DNA of 64,000 nucleotides from Phyllobates terribilis (taxonomy: Eukaryota): positions 144,646,001 to 144,710,000 of the forward strand of contig NW_027362768.1 of assembly GCF_046119375.1 (NCBI RefSeq), in the 5' to 3' direction. Within the stretch, counting starts at the first letter, position 1; the number at the start of each line of letters is the position of its first letter. Shown piece by piece: positions 1-11,508 of this stretch. The notes beneath the pieces were generated by a model. It made no database searches. It was not told where the DNA came from and saw nothing but the letters and a program-made list of their open reading frames with translations. The translations under genes were made by a program, and so were the position numbers.

Positions 1-56
1 TGCTCCCATGGGATAGCACTGATGTTAGATGACAAGTGTAGTCTTTCTCGTTGGGC

Positions 57-230
57 TTAGACCTTCATCATCGGAGCACCTTCCACTGTAAGAGAGAGCT
101 GGGCCCGGCGGTAACAAGCTGCAATGCAGATGAGAATTGTGAAGGCCAGTAGACCAGAAGACACATTGGCCATTGAGTGGTTGGAGTGGTACTCCTCATA
201 GTGCCAAAAAGAGATACCTTGGTCTAAGGC
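57..230 (-). CDS. Candidate terminal coding exon of an unidentified membrane protein (ALDQGISFWHYEEYHSNHSMANVSSGLLAFTILICIAACYRRAQLSLTVEGAPMMKV*)
   Basis: Acceptor ctttctctttcag ends at 231; only phase 0 is open (57 codons + TAA at 59-57); hydrophobic stretch followed by RR resembles a TM helix with a cytoplasmic stop-transfer. Upstream exons not identified. Confidence 0.55.
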   Translation of the reverse strand, partial: ALDQGISFWHYEEYHSNHSMANVSSGLLAFTILICIAACYRRAQLSLTVEGAPMMKV

Positions 231-408
231 CTGAAAGAGAAAGCCACCACCATTGCCATTGTTGCTTAATTGTTCTTATAATGTTTAAAGGGGTTTTCCA
301 GGGAATATAGTTTTTATGGGCACAGACTGCTTCAAAAATATTAAAAAGTAACACCTACCCCCTCACCAATTTCCCATAGCTTTTATACCAACATGAAACT
401 GCAAGGCC

Positions 409-434
409 ATAATAATAATAATAATAATAATAAT
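409..434. repeat. (ATA)n microsatellite, the L2 3' tail
   Basis: ataataataataataataataataat directly abuts the L2 3' terminus. Confidence 0.9.
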
Positions 435-805
435 TTTTATTTATATAGAGTCAACATATTCTGCAGCACTTTACAATTAAGCGGGAACATGTACAGACAA
501 TAAATTCAATACAATTTAAGACAGTTTAAACAGTTACATTAGGAGTGAGGTCCCTGGTCGCAAGCTTACAATCTACAAGGAAATGGGGGGACACAATAGG
601 TGAAAAGTGCTTGTTATTTCAGGTCTAGCAATTATAATAAATAGGGATTTTCATACCAAGTTGCATGATCCGGTCATCAGCCCGTATGTTTAACTGCAAT
701 ACTCAAGTACCAAGTGCAGTTATTGTGTGCATGGAGGGTGTGGAGACAGATGAATAGTAGGGTGCAGATTCGGAATAATATTTAGAAGGAGGGAACAGGG
801 GAAAG

Positions 806-1620
806 TTAGTTTACTGAGTAGTTGAGGTGGTAGGCTTGTTTAAAGAAATGGGTTTTTAAAGCAAGCTTGAAGACATGAGGGCTAGACATCAGTCGGATCG
901 TCTGGGGTAGAGCATTCCAGAGAACTGGCGCAGCACGAGAGAAGTCTTGGAGACGGAGGTGCGAGGTTCGGATTATGGGGGACGTTAGTCTTAGGTCATT
1001 TGTAGAATGGAGGGCACGTGTAGGGTGATAGACAGAGGTGAGAGAGGAGATATAAGGCGGTGCAGAACTGTGGAGAGCTTTGTGGGTGAGAGCGATGAGT
1101 TTATATTGGACCCTGTAACGAATGGGCAACCATTGTAATGACTGGCACAAGGTGGAGGCATCAGTGAAGCGACTGGACAGAAATACGACACTGGCTGCCG
1201 CATTCAGGATGGATTGGGAGGAGAATGTTTGGTAAGAGGGAGACTGATCAGAAGAGAGTTGCAGTAGTACAGACGAGAGTGAATAAGAGCGACAGTAAGA
1301 ATTTTAGCAGTTTCAAAGGTGAGAAAAGGTCGGATTCTGGAGATGTTTTTAAGATGCAGGTGACAAGAGCGAGTGAGTGATCGGATATAGGGAGTAAAGG
1401 AAAGGTTAGTGTTGAATATGACCCCAAGACAGCGGGCGTGCTGCTTGGGAGTTATGGTTGAACCCTCCAAGGTAATTTCGATGTTAGGTAGAGTTAGGTT
1501 AGTAGAGGAGAGAAACACAAGAAGTTCAGTTTTGGAGAGATTCAGTTTAAGATAGAGGGAGGACATGATGTTAGAGACAGCAGACAGAAAATCCTTGGTA
1601 TTTTGTATTAGGGTAGATCA
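806..1620 (-). pseudogene. L2 ORF2 3' part (RT C-terminal region), frameshifted
   Basis: ORFs 1204-1566 and 806-1150: SSLYLKLNLSKTELLVF, KNISRIRPFL, SLQWLPIRYRVQYK, FSRAAPVLWNALP. Confidence 0.88.
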
Positions 1621-1628
1621 TTAGAGAC

Positions 1629-4600
1629 TAGTGATGGGCGAGCACTAAAATGCTCGGGTGCTCGATGCTCAGGTCGAGCAAATTGGAATACTCGGGTGCT
1701 CGACCCGAGCAACGAGCCCAATGTAAGTCTATGGGAAACTCGAGCATTTTTCAGGCGGCTCCCCCCGGCGGTCTGCAGAGGGCCTAAAAATTGCCCAAAT
1801 TGATGGGAACAGTGCTCAAATGACATGGGAACAGCATGGGGAAGACCCCTGGAAGCATTTCTGACTCCCAGGTCACTGCTGTCAACAACGTTGTCAGAGG
1901 TATTATGCCACTTGGGGCGGCCCACCTATTGGATAGTGGTCACACAGTCTATCCAATAGGTGGGCCACCCCATAGTCTTTTCCATCCCCTTTCCTGTACT
2001 TTATTACATTTTATCTTCTACTGTCATAACATTTATTTGTTAAGGAGATCCTCCCTTTTGTATAGGGGATTAGTGACACAGCTCTGCTACCATGCCTCTA
2101 GTCATATTTGTTCTATGTAACCATAGACTAGCCTTCATTATGTACCTATCTAATCAAATCTCTCACCCCAGAATGTTTTTTCACTATTGTGCATATTTCC
2201 ACAGTGTTATACTTTCTGCATTTGCATATTATTGTTATACTGTTTACAGTTTGTAAGATATATTCTACATTTTGTTTATGTAGGTTTTGAGAAACCGCTG
2301 AACCACAAGGTTAAACACATGGGTCAGGCATGGTACATTTCTGAGCTTGCCTTTCCTCACAGCCACCACCAGGTTCCGGCCATTGTCACACACGACCATG
2401 CCTGGCTGTAGGTTCAGCGGTGTCAGCCACAGATCTGCCTGCTCTTTCAGAGTTGTCCACAACTCTACAGCATTGTGCGGTTTGTCTCCTAAGCATATTA
2501 GCTTCAGCACAGCCTGTTGCCGCTTGGCTGAGGCAGTGCTGCAGTGCTTTCAGCTTGTGACTGATGGGGTCATTTCGGAGATGAAGGCTGAAGAGGAGGA
2601 GGAGGATGAGGTGCAGGAGCTGTAGACTGTGGGGGCAACTCTGATTGACCTAGGGCCCGCAATCCTCAGCGTCGGGAGGATGTGTTCCGTCCCAAGGTCC
2701 GACTGGGTCCCGGCTTCCACTATGTTTTCCCAGTGTGCCGTCAGCAAGATGTACCGTCCCTGCCCACAAGCACTTGTCCACGTGTCCGTGGTTAGGTGGA
2801 CTTTACCTGTAACTGCATTGTTGAGGGCACGGCTAATGTTGTGGGACACGTGCTTGTGTAATGCGGGGATGGCACACCGGGAGAAACAGTGGCGGCTGGG
2901 GACCGAGTACCGAGGGACGGCCGCCGCCATCAGGTTGCGGAAAGCTTCCGTCTCCACGAGCCTAAAAGGCAACATTTCGAGTGCAAGCAGTCGTGAAATG
3001 TGGGAATTTAGTAGTGTGGTCTGTGAGGCGTTGGCTGCGTGTTTGCGCTTGGGTTCCAAGGACTGGGGTATGGACAACTGAACACTGCGCTGGGACAACG
3101 ACATGCTTGATGATGGTGCTAGTGGAGAGTGTGTGACGACAGGTGCAGGGCAGGAGGCATCTTCACATGCACCATGGACAGGCAATTGGCTTGCACGCAC
3201 AACAGCGGAAGAAGCAGTGGTGTCACCCGCAGACACTGTTCCTGGACCCTGGGGTTCAGCCCACAAAGTCGGGTGCTTTGCTGCCATGTGCCTGATCATG
3301 CTGGTGGTGGTCAGGCTGGTAGTTTTGCTACCCCTGCTGATGCTGGCCTGGCAGGTGGTGCAAATGGCCTTTTTGGGGTTATCGGCAAAGTCTTTAAAAA
3401 ACAACCAGACTCGGGAAGACCTAACAGTTGTACTGGCAACTTCCTTCGTGTTGGTGTGACGGGGAACGGTTGCCTGCCTTCTGTCTGCGGCCACCACACT
3501 GCTTCTTTCTGCCTGTTGGAGTGCTCTGCCCCCCCCCCCCCCGTGTGCTGCTGTCCTCGCTCTGCATGTCCTCCTGCCAGGTTGGGTCAGTTACTATATC
3601 ATCCACCACCTCGTCTTCCACTTCCGCACCCTGGTCCTCCTCCTGACTTTCTGGCAATTGTGTCTAATCATCGTCCACCTCTTGTGACACTTTCCCACCG
3701 TTGCCTTCGTATGATTGTGGCTGCTCAAATATTTGGGCATCACTACATGCGATCTCCTCTTGCCCCGCTTCAAGTGGACCAGGCGAGAGGCCCGAATCTA
3801 TAAATGGAAAAGTGAACAGCTCTTCAGAGTGTCCAAGTGTGGGATCAGTTGTCTCTGGGCACTCGGCATGGTAGGAGGAAGGAGGATCAGGGTGAGGAAT
3901 ATGCGGTCCAGACACACGGCTACTGAGACTTGACCGGGTGGAAGACAGGGTGGTGATGGTGGTGGTGGCTAAGTGACTGGAAGCATTATCCGCTATCCAA
4001 CCAATAACCTTTTCACACTGCTCTGTGTTCAATAGTGGTGTTCTGCGGTCCCCTATTAATTGGGACAGGAAGGTAGAGCGAGAAGATGTGGGTGTTTGTT
4101 GTGACACAATTTCAGCTTGCCCACGGCCTCAGCCTCTGCATGCACCATCACCATCATGTCCAGTTCCCCGTCCCTTGCCCCGTGCCTTGCCCATTTTAAA
4201 TGGAGGACAATATCTTCCACGCTCACTACAAATGGCTGAATTTGGAGCGAACTTATATGTGATCCGTGTGACGGACAAACCACAGTTTTAAATAGCTGTA
4301 TTTTTAGCGCTGTAATATGGAAAGGACCTGGCTGTATTCTGCAGTGCCAACAAGCAAATGGCGCAGAAAAACAGTGTTCTCTGGATTGCTTTTTAAGCAA
4401 ATATGCAGGATTAAGATAAAAAAAAATTATTTCTGGCCCCTGAGACCTGGGGCTATTTATAGAAATATCTGTAAAAGCACCAGCAGCAGACAGAACTGGA
4501 ATGGACCCTCTTGCTATGTGCACTGCAGTCTGCTATATACCCTGCCTGCCTATACACCCTGCCTGCCTGATATCTGTGCAGCTGGATTAGTCCTCAGAAG

Positions 4601-5002
4601 GACTGTTAGTTGAGATGGATATGTGTCTCTAATATAGACTGGTATACCTACACTAACTATGAACAAGCAAATCTCTCCCTAGCTCAGCAGCACCTCTCCC
4701 TACACTGCCTGATTCCGGAGTGACTGTGACGAGCATGGCGGCGCCAGGTCTGACATAGACCTGATGACGCTGTGCGGCCAGCCAATCACTGTAATGCCAC
4801 AACCAACATGGCTGCGGCATTACAGTGTGTGGCAGACAATCCCTGCATGTTGATTGGCGCTCTAAAGAGTGTCAAACATGCAAGGAGGAGACCCGAACTC
4901 CCGCCTAGTAACCGCGGAAATACTCGCAGAGCGCCAAGCATCTCGAGCAGTGAGATTCTCGGGCGAGCACCTGGCAGTAGCGAGCATTCTCTCTCATCAC
5001 TA
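1629..5002 (-). mobile_element. hAT DNA transposon, internally deleted, with perfect 8-bp TSD TTAGAGAC
   Basis: TSD at 1621-1628 and 5003-5010; imperfect TIRs TAGTGATGGGCGAG / TAGTGATGAGAGAG; subterminal CGAGCA/TGCTCG repeats; BED-finger transposase inside. Confidence 0.92.
2285..4194 (-). pseudogene. hAT transposase with BED zinc finger, C-terminal half missing
   Basis: VWLFF..AICTTC..MIRHMAAKH (BED finger), VHLTTDTWT (first D), VVCDNG (second D), CLTH (CxxH-like). Stops and frameshifts; truncated near 2285. Confidence 0.85.
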
Positions 5003-5010
5003 TTAGAGAC

Positions 5011-6878
5011 TTTAGTGAGGGCAGTTTCAGTGGAGTGTAAAGAGTGGAAACCAGATTGTAGAGGGTCGAGAAGAGAGTTATCTGAGAGATAGCGGATTAG
5101 ACGGGAGTGGACCAAGCGTTCCAGGAGTTTAGAGATGAAGGGAAGATTAGAGACCGGTCTGTAGTTAGCAGTGCAGTTCTGGTCCAGGGATAGCTTTTTA
5201 AGTAAAGGGGTTATGATGGCATGTTTATATGGGGAGGGAAAGATACCTGAAGAAAGAGAGAGGCTAAATACTTTAGTCAGGTGAGTGGTGACCACCGGTG
5301 AGAGAGACTGAAGGAGATGTGAAGGAATGGGGTCACTGTTGTAGGCCGAGAAGAAATGAGGAGCTGGGTAACTTCTTCCTCTGTAACAGGCTCAAAGATG
5401 GCTAGTGAGCTTGAAGTGCGGCAGGGAAGGGGATCCAGGCACTGAGGAGATGTCCTGATGGATGTGGTTGATTTTTTCTAGGAAATAAGAGGCCAGATCC
5501 TCACCACTGAGATTGGTGGTGGGGGCCTGTGCTTAGGGCTCAGGAGGGAGTTTAAGGTTTCAAAAAGTCGTTTTGGATTGTTGGACAGTGAAGTGATGTG
5601 GCTGGTGAAGTAGGATTGTTTGGCTACATGAAGGGCAGAGTTATAGGTTTTGAGCATGAATTTATAGTGGATGAAATCCTCTGCTAAAATAGATTTTCTC
5701 CACTTACGCTCAGCGCACCTTGAGCAACGCTGAAGAAAATGTGTTTGCATCGTGTGCCAGGGCTGCCGTTGTCTGTGTCGGGTTTTACTGCGTGTAGAAG
5801 GTGCTGCTTCATCTAGGGCACTCTTCAGTGTATTATTGTAGTGTGACAATGCTAGGTCTGGACAGGAGAGGGAGGAGATGGGGGCTAAATATGTGTGGAT
5901 ATTGTCCATAAGCTGCTGGGTATTAATGGTACATGTATTCCTATTAGTGTGGTAAGTGGTGGTGTCCTGGGTGACAGAGAAGGAAAGAAAGTTGTGGTCC
6001 GAGAGCGGGAGAGGAGAGTTAGTAAAGTCATGCAGTGAGCAGAGACGGGAAAAAAACAGGTCCAGAGTATTCCCGTGTTCATGCGTAGGAGAATTAGTAA
6101 ACTGTGAGAGGACGAAGGAGGAGGTTAGAGAAAGTAGATGAGAGGCAGTTTGGGAGAGGGGATCATCGATGGGGATGTTAAAGTCTCCCATGATGAGGGT
6201 AGGGATGTCACAGGATAGAAAATGAGGAAGCCAGGTGGCAAAGTGATCCAGGAACTGGGGGGAGGAGCTGGAGGGCGATACACAACCGCCAATCGCAGGG
6301 AGAAGGGTTTGAAGAGTCTGACGGTGTGGACTTCAAAGGAAGGAAACATAATTGAGGGAACCGGGGCGGGGGGGGGAGGATTTTCATCGGGAAAGCACAT
6401 TGTGGTGAAAGGAGCAAACTAACACCTCTACGCTGTCTATTCTCAGGTCTGGCGGTATGTGAAAATTTCAGCCACCAAACGAGAGAGCAGCAGCTGCTGT
6501 GGTGTCTGAACACTGGATCCAGGTTTCTGTAATAGCCAGAAGGTTAAGGGAATTAGAGAGGAAAAAATTGTGAATGTAAGTTAGTTTGTTACACACAGAC
6601 TGTGTCTTCCAGAGAGCACAGTGGAAAGCAATAGGAGAGGGCATGCACTGAATGTTAATAAGATTGGCAGGGTTTCTATATCTAGCTGAAGGAGAGTAGT
6701 GTATGCTAATGGAGGGAGGCCCAGGGTTGGGGGAGATGTCACCAGTGACTAGGAGAAGCAGAAAATAGAGAAAGAGCAGGTGGTGCAATGATTTGTATGA
6801 ACGTTTTGAGTGCTGTATGGAGGTAGTGGATGGTTTGGAGTGGGTGAGAAATGGCAGTAGAGCCTCAGAGTTATACAT
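5011..6878 (-). pseudogene. L2 ORF2 5' part (endonuclease + RT N-terminus), frameshifted
   Basis: ORF pieces 6468-7085, 6125-6400, 5478-6191 and 4786-5295 carry consecutive APE and RT motifs. Confidence 0.88.
6717..6791 (-). other. 2A-like (StopGo-type) peptide HHLLFLYFLLLLVTGDISPNPGP at the L2 ORF2 N-terminus
   Basis: GDISPNPGP at 6743-6717, upstream of the APE domain; resembles D(V/I)ExNPGP with S at the E position. Confidence 0.7.
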
Positions 6879-7949
6879 GGGAGAGGGTAGAAGGGAGGGG
6901 TGGATATGGAGAGAATGCACAGAATGTGTTAAAGGGCGGGCGAGTTGTGAGTAAGCAGCGGTTAAAACAAGTAGGAAGCATAATGCAATACAACTGACCA
7001 AGAAGCAGCATGTTTGTATGAATATCTTATGCACATTACCTGTCTCCTGCCCAACTGCCATTGTATAACTGCTTATTGAAAGCATTTTAAGCTATTGCAC
7101 TTTGTCTATTGCAATCGTGCTATCCTGAGCCAGAGCTGAATATATATGAATTGAAATGTCTGCTAACGTGCAGCACCAATTGGCCAAACTGAGTAATTAG
7201 CCAATTAGCACAAAGCCAGAGCAGGAAATGCTATGCAGGATAAACAAACCAATATACAACAGAGGGTCATAAACCAGTGAAATAGATAGCTTTGAACACT
7301 TTAAAACAGAACAAAAAAAACAAGGGAAAAAAAACAAAACAGTAGCAATGGATTAAATACCATGTAGAATTCTTGCTAGAATATGACTGTTCACACCCAG
7401 ACAGCACACAAATGGATGGATGGATTAAATACCATGTAGAAATCTTGCTAGAATAGGCCTTGACTTGAAGAGCCAGGAGGCCATAGAAAACGTATCACTG
7501 GGGCTCCACTCATTACTGCTGAGTCCTCATGCAGTGTTGTCCGCTGATATCTTACCCCCCTATCGCCCGATTATCATTGCCGGGGTCCTCTTGCAGTGCT
7601 ACCCACTCTGATAGCATCTATAGTGTGCAGCACTGCATGAGGGCCCTGCAGTGAAGAGCTGTATAGTGTCAACCGGTAGCACTGCAGGAGGGCTCAGACG
7701 TGACTTCTGCGATCGCGGACCCTGTAGCGAACTCTTCAGCATTTATAGTTGTTGTCGGGCGCCTGCTTATCTACTCCCTGCTGGTCTTTTCCTCCCCGGT
7801 ACCGTCTTGGCAAACTTGATATTGCCAAAAATGCCCACTCAGCCAATCATTGCCGGAGCCAAAGTAGATACTTCCAGTCACCATCATCATTTTTATTCCT
7901 TGGAAAACTCTCTGACAGGAGCTGCTAATCCATTTCCGGTCGTGCTTTC

Positions 7950-8740
7950 GAAGTAAGGGCTGCCTCTGCATTCGAACCATTGCAATGTGACCTTCTTGTC
8001 TTCTCTCCTCCCGTAGAAAGCAACCATCCAAAGACCATAGAAGTAACTTGATGACATCCTTCTTATCAACAACTACATCCAACTCCTCAAAATGATTTAT
8101 GATTAGTGTTAACTGCAATCTTACAACACTATCCCCTAACCCCCCAGTCTTAGAGGTCTGGGAACCGGAGATCGAGGGTGCTGTCTGGCAGGGTCCAATT
8201 TCACCTTATAAATTTCTACCATATAGCAACCCAGACCATGAAAGTCTACACAAATGTCTTTCCAGGAACAGTTCAAGCTCTCTTTCTTTCATTTTGAATC
8301 TCGAAGTGGATTTAAAAGGGAAAAGTAACTTGAGAGGTCTTGCTCCATTTAATGCACAGTAGACACCGAGTAGAGTACCACTAGAAATCTCTACTTACCT
8401 TTCCGTGTGTGAACCCCGGGAGCGTCCCATAACACGCTTATCATGAAGATAAACTTGCAATGAATATTCTGCATATTGCAACGCTAGGACTGTAATATAT
8501 CCACCGCTCTCAGGCTCCAGTACAGATAAGAGTCACAGAGACGGAGCTGCTATAGGATTAATAATTCATCCGATGTCTGAATGGGAACTTGATCTCACTT
8601 TTCTCTCCACCCTCGATGTTCTGATGTGTATCGGGTGTCCCAGGATTTACGCTATCATACTACCTGCATGAAATCACTGGGAGATATTCGGGGCTTACTC
8701 TGATGATGCAGAGGGCCAAACATCCGTAATGGTCCTGTGG
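7950..8740 (+). pseudogene. Possible very old Penelope-like element remnant (RT end + GIY-YIG)
   Basis: Frame-broken motifs in the expected order: LDDILL, PY..CLSRNSS, GL*YIHRSQAPVQIRVTE, then CTGATGA near 8699. Weak similarity judged by eye. Confidence 0.3.
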
Positions 8741-8849
8741 CTGCAAAGTGCGGAGAAGTAGGAAGAAGCATCAATGATGTGCATTATCATCCTATAGTGC
8801 ACGTCAGTCACTAATACTACTGGCGAATGCAGACAGAAGAATGCAACTG

Positions 8850-8993
8850 TGCAAACATAATATATGGGCCCTTTACAGCCCAAGAACTCATCACAATGCA
8901 CAATTCCGCCTACTTTGGAGGTAGAAATGGTCCCATTACCTCTAAGGCCCCTGTGCGGCCTCACAGGTTGCACCAATGATATTTCCGCCCCTG
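8850..8993. mobile_element. Short hAT-type MITE, left end eroded (same family as 31681 and 59697)
   Basis: Shares tatatgggcc...gttgcaccaatgatat..ccgcccctg with the other copies. Confidence 0.5.
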
Positions 8994-9230
8994 ATATGCA
9001 CGATATGGCCAAATGTATTGGAACACCTCCACATTACACCTACAGGTAGTGTGAGACTGGGGTGCTCAGGGCCCCCAGGAAGAATTGAGCCTAGGGGCCC
9101 ACACTAAGGCTGCATGAGAATACCTGTTTGGCATTGGAGTGGAGCGTCAACTGAAAAATACTGGGGGCTCCTGCACATCTACCGTGACCACACCATAACG
9201 GTGATGTCCAATTACGGTGTTTTACATTAA

Positions 9231-9577
9231 AAGGATTCTTCGGATAGGATTCCACCGGATAGCTGAAAACGTATTAATTGGTGGGGGTTCGACTGCTGGG
9301 ATGCGTATGGATCGAAAGAACGGGCAACTTTTATCCACATCAGATCAATTATCTGACTCCATTCATCCTCTATGGGGCTTGCAAAGAAAAGTGCAGTGCT
9401 CAGCAGCCACATAGGGAATGAAGGGAGCTGTGGTTGACCATGATGCTTCATTGTAACGAGATAAAAGTTCCCCATTCTGCCGATCAGTGAGCGTCCCAGT
9501 AGTTGGACCCCCACCAATCAATAAGTTATCACTTATCCGGTGGATAGGTGATAACTTGTTTTTACCGGACAGCCCCT
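9231..9577. mobile_element. TTAA-bounded T2/Kolobok-type MITE
   Basis: TTAA at 9227-9230 and 9578-9581, AAGG...CCCT ends, internal inverted similarity. Confidence 0.55.
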
Positions 9578-10119
9578 TTAAGTGCATCTCTGCCACTGTG
9601 TAATAGTATGTCACAGGATAGGGAGGGGTAAACTTCCAAGTATTTTTTTAGGGAACTTTACAGTTTCTTTGTGTCCCACAAATTGACTCTATGTCTTTAT
9701 CCCACTCTTTCTAATGCTTCCAACTATCCCTTTCTTTTGTTTTCTGTTTCATTCATTTCCATAAAATCATTTAATTTTGTCAGGGATATGCAAATCAGTG
9801 GGTGACTAGTCCAGGGGCGTTTTCTTCTCCCGGACTAATTGTCCTGCTAATCTGGTTATCACACCCCTGCACTGTACCTCTTTTAGAGAGGTTTCCTTCA
9901 GGTTTAACTTCAGAGAAGTCAGATAAAGTTTCTTTTTTTCCACCACGTATTTTTTTCAAAATCTCTTCAGGAAAAAAAAGACACTCAAAAAACTGTGAAC
10001 ATTGCCTTAAAGGGAAGAAATGTCTGGACTGGACTTGTTACCCCGGTGGCTCCTATTACAGGACCCGCACTGGTATCAGTGAGCTCTGCACCACCGGCCG
10101 TTCTGGTGACGGGGCCGTA

Positions 10120-10855
10120 AATTATACACCGGGGCCGGATGTTATACACTGGAGGGTGAGGCATCGAATGTTATACACCGGGAGTGAGGGGCCAGACACT
10201 ATATACCAGGGGCGAGGAGGCTGGATACTATACATCGGAGGCAGGGGGGGCTGGATGTTATACACCGGGGGCGAGGGGGCCGGATGTTATACACTTGGGG
10301 CGTGGGGCCGGATGTTATACACCGGGGGCGAGGGGGCCGGATGTTATACAACGGGGGCGAGGGGGCCAGATGTTATACACTGAAGGGAGAGGGGCTGGAT
10401 GTTATACAACGGGTACGAGGGGGCCAGATGTTATACACTGGAGGGAGAGGGGCTGGATGTTATACAACGGGTACGAGGGGGCCAGATGTTATACACTGGA
10501 GGGAGAGGGGCTGGATGTTATACACCTGGGGCGTGGGGCCGGATGTTATACAACGGGGGCGAGGGGACCGGATGTTATACAACGGGGGCGAGGGGGCCAG
10601 ATGTTATACACTGGAGGGAGAGGGGCTGGATGTTATACACCTGGGGCGTGGGGCCGGATGTTATACAACGGGGGCGAGGGGGCCAGATGTTATACACTGG
10701 AGGGAGAGGGGCTGGATGTTATACACCTGGGGCGTGGGGCTGGATGTTATACAACGGGGGCGAGGGGACCGGATGTTATACAACGGGGGCGAGGGGGCCA
10801 GATGTTATACACTGGAGGGAGAGGGGCTGGATGTTATACACCAGGGGCGAAGGGG
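10120..10855. repeat. G-rich minisatellite, 28-29 bp unit (core GATGTTATACA), about 25 copies
   Basis: Periodic gatgttataca with four recurring spacer variants. Confidence 0.95.
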
Positions 10856-11508
10856 ACTGAATGAAAAACCTGAAGTCAATGATTAGGAGGCGTGAGCCAA
10901 TTCTTTTATCTACATAATGTATCTATCTGTAAATTATATTTTTCAATTTCACATTCTGATGTCAGAGCCTGATGATTTTACAGAAATGAGCGACACTACT
11001 TACAGTTATGTATTCATGAATAAGCAGTCTGCTATTGGTTGTTTGTTTTTTTGGAGGCAATTATTTTTCTTTTGCAAATATCACTGAATCAATGACGGTG
11101 TGGTGCTCGCCTGCTTATTTTTAAAAAAGAGGTTCTTTAGCACAAGTACCTTATCCATCTGTTTTGTCTAAACTAAGTGCCCATGGGATTTTTCTGCATT
11201 TTTCACAAATGCTGCGTTTTTTGTTGCATGAAGCAGATAAAGAAGGGGGCTGAAGGCAAGTGCAGCTAGAAGGAAGCCCCACATGACCGGGATTGGCCAG
11301 GAGGGTGCAATTTTTAAAACAAAGGGTTCAGGATTGGGTATAAGCATGGAGGGGCGGGCATTTAATAAAGGGGGAGGGGGGGAGTATATTAAGGAAAGTG
11401 CGAGAAAATAGTCTGTCCAGCAGGGGAGTCATAAGTGAAAGTAGTGAAAGTGCACAGAGTAAGAAAAATTTCCAACTTACCCATTGTTTGCGGATACTAC
11501 CTGGCATT

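Larger units (their letters stand above)
409..7140 (-). mobile_element. L2-clade LINE, near full length, degenerate, split by a hAT insertion (1629-5002)
   Basis: APE endonuclease motifs (AITETW, YRPP, MGDFNIP, GNTLDL, SDH), RT N-terminus ([28 protein letters not shown]), RT C-terminus (KLNLSKTELL, ARCLGV), and (AAT)n tail after the typical L2 3' end. 5' boundary approximate. Confidence 0.9.

Noticed and set aside
7348-7455. 36-bp repeat / 36-bp spacer / 36-bp repeat (atggattaaataccatgtagaa.tcttgctagaata) with CRISPR-like dimensions
   Set aside because: Only two repeats, vertebrate context, no cas genes; a local duplication explains it.
8399-8560. Perfect minus-strand donor AAG|GTAAGT as a possible exon of the gene ending at 57-230
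   Set aside because: No convincing acceptor with an open frame and no recognisable peptide; overlaps a suspected TE fossil.
9802-10886. ORFs of 150-230 aa with repetitive GCYT/DVIH content
   Set aside because: Translations of the 28-29 bp minisatellite.
10969-10986. CTGATGA...GAAA as a hammerhead core
   Set aside because: No stem I, II or III pairing around it.
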